This document shows, in pieces, positions 24,693 to 30,225 of a stretch of DNA of 30,225 nt (the first letter of the stretch is position 1; every line of letters begins with the position of its first letter). A program made the translations under genes and the position numbers. The DNA lies in IMG/VR virus record IMGVR_UViG_3300005764_000057, positions 1 through 30,225 of that record, one strand, 5' to 3'. The DNA is from a virus (taxonomy: Duplodnaviria; Caudoviricetes). Below the pieces are notes generated by a model. It did not search any database. It saw nothing but the letters and a program-made list of their open reading frames with translations, and had not been told where the DNA came from.

Positions 24693-25088
24693 ATGGCACC
24701 AGGAATGGAACAATGGCAGGTTGACGGTAAGGCAGTGACAGCCGTAGATGTCACCGCCACCATTTACCACACCATCGATCATGCGGTAGCGCATAACGAA
24801 GGCGATACCTACACGGTGGATGATTACAACCTGGCGATGACGCTCTATGGAATCGGGTTTGTGGATATCACGGGAACGGTGACCAGCGTCACCGTTCCTA
24901 ACGTAGTCGGTCAGACCCAGGCGGCGGCGGAATCGGCGATTACGGCGGCCGGTTTGACAGTAGGCGCAGTGACATCAGCACCGGATGCCGTGGTGCCGGC
25001 AGGGTCCGTGATCAGCCAGACACCGACAGCCGGAGCCGCCGCATCCTCTGGCACCGCCGTGGACCTGGTCGTATCGACGGGACCGTAA
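24693..25088 (+). CDS. Head-associated small protein with a C-terminal PASTA domain
   Basis: VTVPNVVGQTQAAAESAITAAGLTVG........VPAGSVISQTP.AG.......VDLVVSTGP is a canonical PASTA repeat. Confidence 0.85.
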   Translation: MAPGMEQWQVDGKAVTAVDVTATIYHTIDHAVAHNEGDTYTVDDYNLAMTLYGIGFVDITGTVTSVTVPNVVGQTQAAAESAITAAGLTVGAVTSAPDAVVPAGSVISQTPTAGAAASSGTAVDLVVSTGP

Positions 25089-25089
25089 G

Positions 25090-26457
25090 ATGTCCGTTGG
25101 GACATGGCTCCGCCGGTTAGTGCAGAAAGCCATGCCACCGCTAACGCCGTTTCTGCCCTATGCCGGCGGCGGCGGTTGGCGGGATGCCAAGTGGATTGTT
25201 CGTGAGCCCTATACCGGGGCCTGGCAGCTGAACGACTACCTGGCCCCGGCGACGGCCATTACAAATCCCACCGTCTATGCCTGTGCGACGCTCATTGCAT
25301 CGGACTGCGGGAAGCTGCCCCTTACGCTGGTGGAACAGGAAGAATCCGGAGCCTGGGAAGAAACCAGTAACCCGGCCTTTAGTCCTGTGCTGCGGAAGCC
25401 GAATCGCTATCAGACTGTCTCCACCTTCATCCAGCAGTGGCTTATCAGTAAGTTACTCCACGGGAATACCTACGTTCTGAAAGAACGGGACGGCCGTGGT
25501 GTAGTCATAGCCCTGTATGTGCTGGATCCGCTCCGGTGCTGGCCGCTGGTGGCCCCAGACGGGGATGTCTATTACCGGATTGATCGTGATGTCCTGGCAC
25601 AGACCACCGACCAGGTCACTGTTCCGGCGTCGGAAGTGATTCACGATCTGATGGTGCCGTTGTTTCATCCGCTGGTTGGTGTCTCGCCTATCTTCGCGTG
25701 CGGTTATGCGGCGGCCATGGGCCTGACGGTGCAGCAGAACTCCGCGAAGTTCTTCGCCAACGGTTCCAAGCCGGGCGGGATTCTGCTGGTCCCCGAATCC
25801 ATCAGCAAGGAACAGGCGGCGGACCTTAAAAATACATGGGCCACGGAGTTTTCCGGGGATAAGATGGGCGCGATTGCGGTGTTGACCGGTGGCGTGAAAT
25901 ACGAAGGCACCGCACAATCCGCCGTTGATAGCCAGCTGATTGACCAATTGAAATGGACCGATTCCAAGGTATGCGCCGTCTTCCATGTTCCTAACTTCAT
26001 GGTGACGGATGCCCAGCCGCCACCGTACGGGAACGCGGGCCCGCTGGTGCAGCAGTATTACAGCCAGTGTCTTCAGGGTTTGCTGGTGCAGACTGAACAG
26101 GCGTTAGACGAAGGCTTGGGCTTAGTCACGCCCATCAACGGGACGCAATACGGGACTTACTTTGACGTGGATGATCTGTTGTGGATGGACTTTGAAGCGC
26201 GTGGCAAGGCGGCCAAGGAATCATCCGGAACGCTATCGGTAAACGAAGCCCGGTTACAGTTCTATGGGAAGCCGCCGGTTACGGGCGGGGATTCTCCGAT
26301 GGTCCAGCAGCAGTATTACAGCCTGGAACAGGTGGCGGCCCAGACCATCCCGTCTACGACTCCGCAGCCGCCGCCGCAACTGCCACCGAAGGAACCGGAC
26401 ATGTCACCTGATGCCATAGCCGCTATGGCCGGCGGCTTGATGGAGCTACACCTGTGA
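25090..26457 (+). CDS. Portal protein, HK97 family
   Basis: VYAC..LIA, L.KPN.YQ, LLHGNTY, GVSPI, FFANG.KPGGIL, VFHVP and SVNEAR. Confidence 0.95.
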   Translation: MSVGTWLRRLVQKAMPPLTPFLPYAGGGGWRDAKWIVREPYTGAWQLNDYLAPATAITNPTVYACATLIASDCGKLPLTLVEQEESGAWEETSNPAFSPVLRKPNRYQTVSTFIQQWLISKLLHGNTYVLKERDGRGVVIALYVLDPLRCWPLVAPDGDVYYRIDRDVLAQTTDQVTVPASEVIHDLMVPLFHPLVGVSPIFACGYAAAMGLTVQQNSAKFFANGSKPGGILLVPESISKEQAADLKNTWATEFSGDKMGAIAVLTGGVKYEGTAQSAVDSQLIDQLKWTDSKVCAVFHVPNFMVTDAQPPPYGNAGPLVQQYYSQCLQGLLVQTEQALDEGLGLVTPINGTQYGTYFDVDDLLWMDFEARGKAAKESSGTLSVNEARLQFYGKPPVTGGDSPMVQQQYYSLEQVAAQTIPSTTPQPPPQLPPKEPDMSPDAIAAMAGGLMELHL

Positions 26458-27002
26458 CGGCCACCGAATTAGCCGAAGTCATCAAGGGTATCGCACCGGT
26501 CATTAGAGGCTGGATTGATCATTCCCAGAAGGATATCCGCGCCACTGTGGATATGCTGGCGAAGGCTCCGCCGCCAGCCCCGGGACGGGATGGCCGCGAC
26601 GGCCAGCCAGGGCCGCCAGGCGAACGCGGGATGCCTGGTATGGATGGGGCCCCGGGTGAAGCCGGCAAGGATGGGACGCTTGACAGTCTGGCGTTGGCCT
26701 ATGACGGGAAACGAACGATTACTTTTTGTCTGAAGGACGGGACGCCTATCGAAGGCGGATCGATTACCCTGTCCATTCCCACTTTTGCCGGTGCGTTTGA
26801 AGACGGAAAAACCTATGTTCCTGGTGATATTGTCCGGTGCGGCCATAGCCTGTATCACTGTGATCGGGTTACTACTATCAAACCGACTCTGATCAGCCGG
26901 GATGCCCTGAATCAGTTCCGGGGCCCACAAGGACGCGACAGCTGGAGTCTGTTCCTGGATGGCCGCAACGGTTTACCGGCTGAAGTCAAAGCCATCAGCT
27001 AA
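26454..27002 (+). CDS. Collagen-like (GXY) repeat protein with a CBM5/12-like C-terminal motif
   Basis: About 10 GXY triplets (GRDGRDGQPGPPGERGMPGMDGAPGEAGKDG), then G.F..GKTY.PGD.V...S.Y.C...W.L. Confidence 0.7.
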   Translation: MTATELAEVIKGIAPVIRGWIDHSQKDIRATVDMLAKAPPPAPGRDGRDGQPGPPGERGMPGMDGAPGEAGKDGTLDSLALAYDGKRTITFCLKDGTPIEGGSITLSIPTFAGAFEDGKTYVPGDIVRCGHSLYHCDRVTTIKPTLISRDALNQFRGPQGRDSWSLFLDGRNGLPAEVKAIS

Positions 27003-27003
27003 C

Positions 27004-27360
27004 ATGGCCGCCCTGTTTCTGACATTGGACCAGGCCAAGAACCAACTGCGCCAGTGGACGCCGGTCGGAGATCCGTCCGAGACGTGGCTAACGCTTGAAA
27101 TGCAGATGGCGGAAGCCCGGATCCTGAACTATCTGAGCCGGGATACGCGTGGCCAGACCTTCGTGGACGGCTGGAAAGCAAATCCAACCACGTTACCCGA
27201 TGATGTGCGCGGAGCCATGCTGTATCTGCTCGGGGAACTGGACGCGGCCCGTGGTGATGTCGGGTATAAGGATCCCGGGCCGCCCAGAAGTCCCGATAAG
27301 GACTTGCCCGATCCAGTGCTGGGCATCCTTACCCGCTACGCCGGGCCGGTGATTGCGTGA
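27004..27360 (+). CDS. Head-tail connector (HK97 gp6/SPP1 gp15-like)
   Basis: LTLDQAK.QLR...A...I.NYL...P..V..A.L.L...R...LP..V..IL..Y. Confidence 0.85.
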   Translation: MAALFLTLDQAKNQLRQWTPVGDPSETWLTLEMQMAEARILNYLSRDTRGQTFVDGWKANPTTLPDDVRGAMLYLLGELDAARGDVGYKDPGPPRSPDKDLPDPVLGILTRYAGPVIA

Positions 27361-27947
27361 CCACCCAGGTTACATCGTCGGTCGGGATGATGGTGGAGCG
27401 GATCCAGGTGGAGCAGAATGCCCCGGTGCCGATTGCCATCAGCACACTGACACGGGCCACGAATACGGCCACCGTGACCACGGCGGTTCCACATAATTTC
27501 GCACAAAGCGATTACGTCACCATTGCCGGGGCGGTGCCGGCCGGTTACAACGGGAAGTTCAAGATTACCGTAGCCGGTCCCACCACGTTTACCTATGTGG
27601 TAGCGTCCACCACGCTGGCCACGCCAGCTACCGGCACCATGACAGCCACCTATGTCTCGGACTCCATGGGCGGCCAGGAACAGGGCTGGACGGCCGTAGG
27701 CGGATTGATAGCGGCCGAATTGATGCCCGGGCTGCGCTCCTGGGAAGTCCTGCAGAATTCGGTCCTGCAATCGGAAATGGATTATCGCTTCCGGATTCAT
27801 CGGCGGACGGACATTACCACGTCCATGCGGGTGCAGTGGACGCCGGGCTGGCCGCCAAATGCTCCCAAGCAAACCCTGGCAATTGGGGGAATTCTTCTGG
27901 AAGGTGATGGCCGGCGGTTCATGGTGCTGGAGTGTAAGGGCGCATGA
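27357..27947 (+). CDS. Head closure protein (SPP1 gp16-like) with an inserted beta domain
   Basis: G.M.ERI.V ... DSMGG....W ... RFRI..R.DIT.SMRV.W, interrupted by an ~75 aa Thr-rich insert. Confidence 0.8.
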   Translation: MTTQVTSSVGMMVERIQVEQNAPVPIAISTLTRATNTATVTTAVPHNFAQSDYVTIAGAVPAGYNGKFKITVAGPTTFTYVVASTTLATPATGTMTATYVSDSMGGQEQGWTAVGGLIAAELMPGLRSWEVLQNSVLQSEMDYRFRIHRRTDITTSMRVQWTPGWPPNAPKQTLAIGGILLEGDGRRFMVLECKGA

Positions 27948-28417
27948 ATTCCGCTCTGCAGCCCGTCTCGGATGCTGTCTATACGCTTCTTCAGGCGGAT
28001 CAAACACTGGTGGGCATCGTGGGCGGCGGAATCTGGGATGTGGTCCCGGAAAACCCGGGTTACCCGTTTGTCTGGTATGAAGTGGGCCGGCCGATTGATG
28101 CGCGGGGCTTCGGGGCCGGCAGTCTGCCGCAACTGGATGTTCGGACGCATACCTATACCGTTGGCGGTTCGATGCTGGAAGCCTTCGCAATTAATAACCG
28201 GATTATCATGGCCCTTGCGGATCAACTGCTGCCGATTGATCCCACCGCGTGGAAGCCGGCCGGCCTGATTCTCTCGGAAGCCGAAGTGGTGCTCCCCGAT
28301 GAACAATTGCGGGGGATTCCGGTCCATGAAGTAGTCGCAATGTTCCGGCTCTATGTGGAGAGTTTGATCAATGCTCCGCTGGGGCCGGAAGAATGGGTGG
28401 CTGAAGGATGGCGCTGA
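27944..28417 (+). CDS. Tail terminator (DUF3168/gp17-like)
   Basis: AVY..L.AD..L...VGG.IWD.VP....YPFV, in the expected position. Confidence 0.8.
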   Translation: MNSALQPVSDAVYTLLQADQTLVGIVGGGIWDVVPENPGYPFVWYEVGRPIDARGFGAGSLPQLDVRTHTYTVGGSMLEAFAINNRIIMALADQLLPIDPTAWKPAGLILSEAEVVLPDEQLRGIPVHEVVAMFRLYVESLINAPLGPEEWVAEGWR

Positions 28418-29373
28418 GTCCCCCGCTCTTTGAGTCCCCGAAGGCGGATCCAAGTCCGGATCCCACCTTACTCCAGCCATCGCATTGGAATCGAATGATC
28501 AGTTTGCTCAAGCGGCTGTTCGATGGCGGGGACGCGCATGGATCCGTGTTAGTCCGGGATACGACGGATGCCACCGATGGCGGGGCCTGGGTGCCATCCG
28601 CGCCAGGCGTCTTAACGTGTGCGGGAGCCGGGAGCCTGCCCAGTTTCGGCCCGATCACAACGGCAGCACTGCCAGCCACCGTGGCGCGCACTGATATCAG
28701 TAATACATTCGCCCAAGCGCAAACGTTCAACATATCTATGGCTGTCGGCACGAATCCCGCGCAGAGTGGTGCGATACGTCTCGCAAATTATCAGGGGATT
28801 TATTCACGCAATGCTGGCAATACCGCCGATTACCAGATTATCGTTGTAGACAACGGGAATAGCGTGATCCTCGGAGAGAGCACGGCGGCACTGGTAACGC
28901 AAGGCACATCGATCAATATCAATAGCAGCATCGTGACCTATCTCAGCGCGGGCGGCACAACCTACGCGCAGTGCAATTCGAATGTCTTTTCACTTCTCGG
29001 ATCCGTCACCCTCGCGGTCGGCACGAATCCCGCGCAGAGCGGAGCTGTGCGGTTGCCAAATAATCAAGCGATTCGGTGGCGTAACGGCACCAATACTGCG
29101 GATTATGCGCTCACGTTGAACGTGTCCAATCAAGTTAGCGTGGGTGGCGCGGCTTTTATCCCTGATACGACAGGCGCGATTGATTTAGGAGTTGCTGGTG
29201 CACGATGGCGGAATGTTTGGGTAAGTAGTTCCGTGGTGAATAAAGTCAAGGCCGGCACACCCGTCGATGCCGATGTCATCGTGCCCACGGACGGCATGAT
29301 GGTACTTGATTCCACCGCGAACAAAATCTGGGTGCGGCTCGGCGGCGTGTGGAAGGGCGTGGCGGTGACATGA
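28408..29373 (+). CDS. Neck/collar fibre-like structural protein with an internal 91-aa repeat
   Basis: AVGTNPAQSGA.RL.N.Q.I..RN..NTADY occurs twice. DLG....RW motif and a C-terminal D.T..KIWVR.GG.WK. Confidence 0.6.
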   Translation: MALSPPLFESPKADPSPDPTLLQPSHWNRMISLLKRLFDGGDAHGSVLVRDTTDATDGGAWVPSAPGVLTCAGAGSLPSFGPITTAALPATVARTDISNTFAQAQTFNISMAVGTNPAQSGAIRLANYQGIYSRNAGNTADYQIIVVDNGNSVILGESTAALVTQGTSININSSIVTYLSAGGTTYAQCNSNVFSLLGSVTLAVGTNPAQSGAVRLPNNQAIRWRNGTNTADYALTLNVSNQVSVGGAAFIPDTTGAIDLGVAGARWRNVWVSSSVVNKVKAGTPVDADVIVPTDGMMVLDSTANKIWVRLGGVWKGVAVT

Positions 29374-29582
29374 AGGATGATGACGCAAAGCCGCCGGATC
29401 CGGCCGATGCCCTGGTCACCCCGCAGGGGATGCCGTGGCACCAGAAACGGGATGCGGACCGGACCTGTCCACGGTGCGGGGCATCGCCATCCAGGCGGGT
29501 AGCATCATCCGGCTTTGGCCATCCGCATGATGTGTGTGCCAACTGCGGCTTTGACTTTGAGGAATTCACATGCCAAGCGTAG
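29370..29582 (+). CDS. Small Zn-ribbon protein
   Basis: ATGA-coupled. CPRCGA and CANCG motifs. Confidence 0.65.
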   Translation: MKDDDAKPPDPADALVTPQGMPWHQKRDADRTCPRCGASPSRRVASSGFGHPHDVCANCGFDFEEFTCQA

Positions 29583-30225
29583 GCACCGGCAAGCATGGAT
29601 CGGCGGAATGGACAGTCTTTGTCGTTAACGGCTTCAACATGCTGACGGCCAAACCCAAGGCCGTGACCTGGAAACTGGCAAGCCAGATGGAACGCTCCGA
29701 TGGCCTGGGGGATCTGTTTGAAGCCGAAACCCCGACGGGACTGTCCAGGCTGACATTGACGCAAGCCGGGGCCTTCTGGGACACCACCGTCCAGGGCATT
29801 CACGACAAATTTAAGGTGCCAAGCACCGTGCCGTATACGGTGCTCCTGGGGCCGGCAGGCCAGGGGCCCGGGGCCTATGCCCTGACGATTCAGGGCGTGC
29901 TGACAGTGAGCTATGACGTGGTGAGCACCGTGGGCCAGCTGACAAAGGCCAACGTAGCCTATCAGGTGAATGGGCCGGCGGCGGAAGGCAATGTCCTGCA
30001 ACCCTACGCGGTAAAGTCTGCCGACTGGGACACGAAGACGGCCCCATGGGACAACGGCGCGGCCACCGCCCTGGGTGGCACTGCGTATCTGACCGTGGCG
30101 GCCATGGACGCTGGCGTCACATCCCTGGTGGTCACGGTGCTGCATTCAACCGACAATGTCACCTATACCACGGCGGGCACCTTTGCCACGGTGACTATCG
30201 CCCCGAACCAGCAGCAGATCCCAAT
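29570..30225 (+). CDS. Tail tube protein, long paralog with an extra C-terminal beta domain (runs off the window end, not in the ORF track)
   Basis: GAGGA RBS and a frame open to the end. MPSVGTGKHGSAEW...PTGL...AFWDTT...SYDVVSTVGQLT matches 105..527, then continues GGTAYL...VLHSTDNVTY. Confidence 0.8.
   Translation, partial: MPSVGTGKHGSAEWTVFVVNGFNMLTAKPKAVTWKLASQMERSDGLGDLFEAETPTGLSRLTLTQAGAFWDTTVQGIHDKFKVPSTVPYTVLLGPAGQGPGAYALTIQGVLTVSYDVVSTVGQLTKANVAYQVNGPAAEGNVLQPYAVKSADWDTKTAPWDNGAATALGGTAYLTVAAMDAGVTSLVVTVLHSTDNVTYTTAGTFATVTIAPNQQQIP

Larger units (their letters stand above)
1..30225. mobile_element. Near-complete temperate siphovirus (HK97-like head, tyrosine integrase), circularly permuted
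   Basis: Terminase, portal, capsid, neck, tail, integrase and replication genes fill the whole window and no host genes are present. The ORF at the 3' end appears to continue at the 5' end. Confidence 0.93.

Overview
The window is an essentially complete ~30.2 kb GC-rich temperate siphovirus genome with an HK97-type head, cut inside a tail-tube gene. The ORF that runs off the 3' end (29570->) appears to continue at 1-87, with a few bases missing at the join. Tail module (1-6651): two paralogous tail-tube genes, a chaperone with a -1 frameshift, HK97-gp10, tape measure, a hub protein with nested domains and a small receptor-binding protein. Accessory operon (6670-8509): an RNAP alpha-CTD-like protein, two paralogous coiled-coil/winged-helix proteins and a membrane protein, behind overlapping divergent promoters. 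Integration region: an attP-like interval with seven TTCCACAA repeats and a tyrosine integrase whose first catalytic Arg is Pro. Control region: RHH, Zn-finger, XRE and Xis-like genes, with no CI. Early/replication genes: SSAP, lipoprotein, ParB-like, C5-MTase, beta-helix protein, cold-shock protein, O-like initiator and RusA. Packaging and head: HNH, terS, terL, a small RHH gene followed by a 9-bp tandem array, a fused protease-capsid gene, a PASTA protein, portal and neck genes. I could not recognise an endolysin, a Dit gene or a CI repressor. All family calls come from motif recognition by eye, not from database searches.
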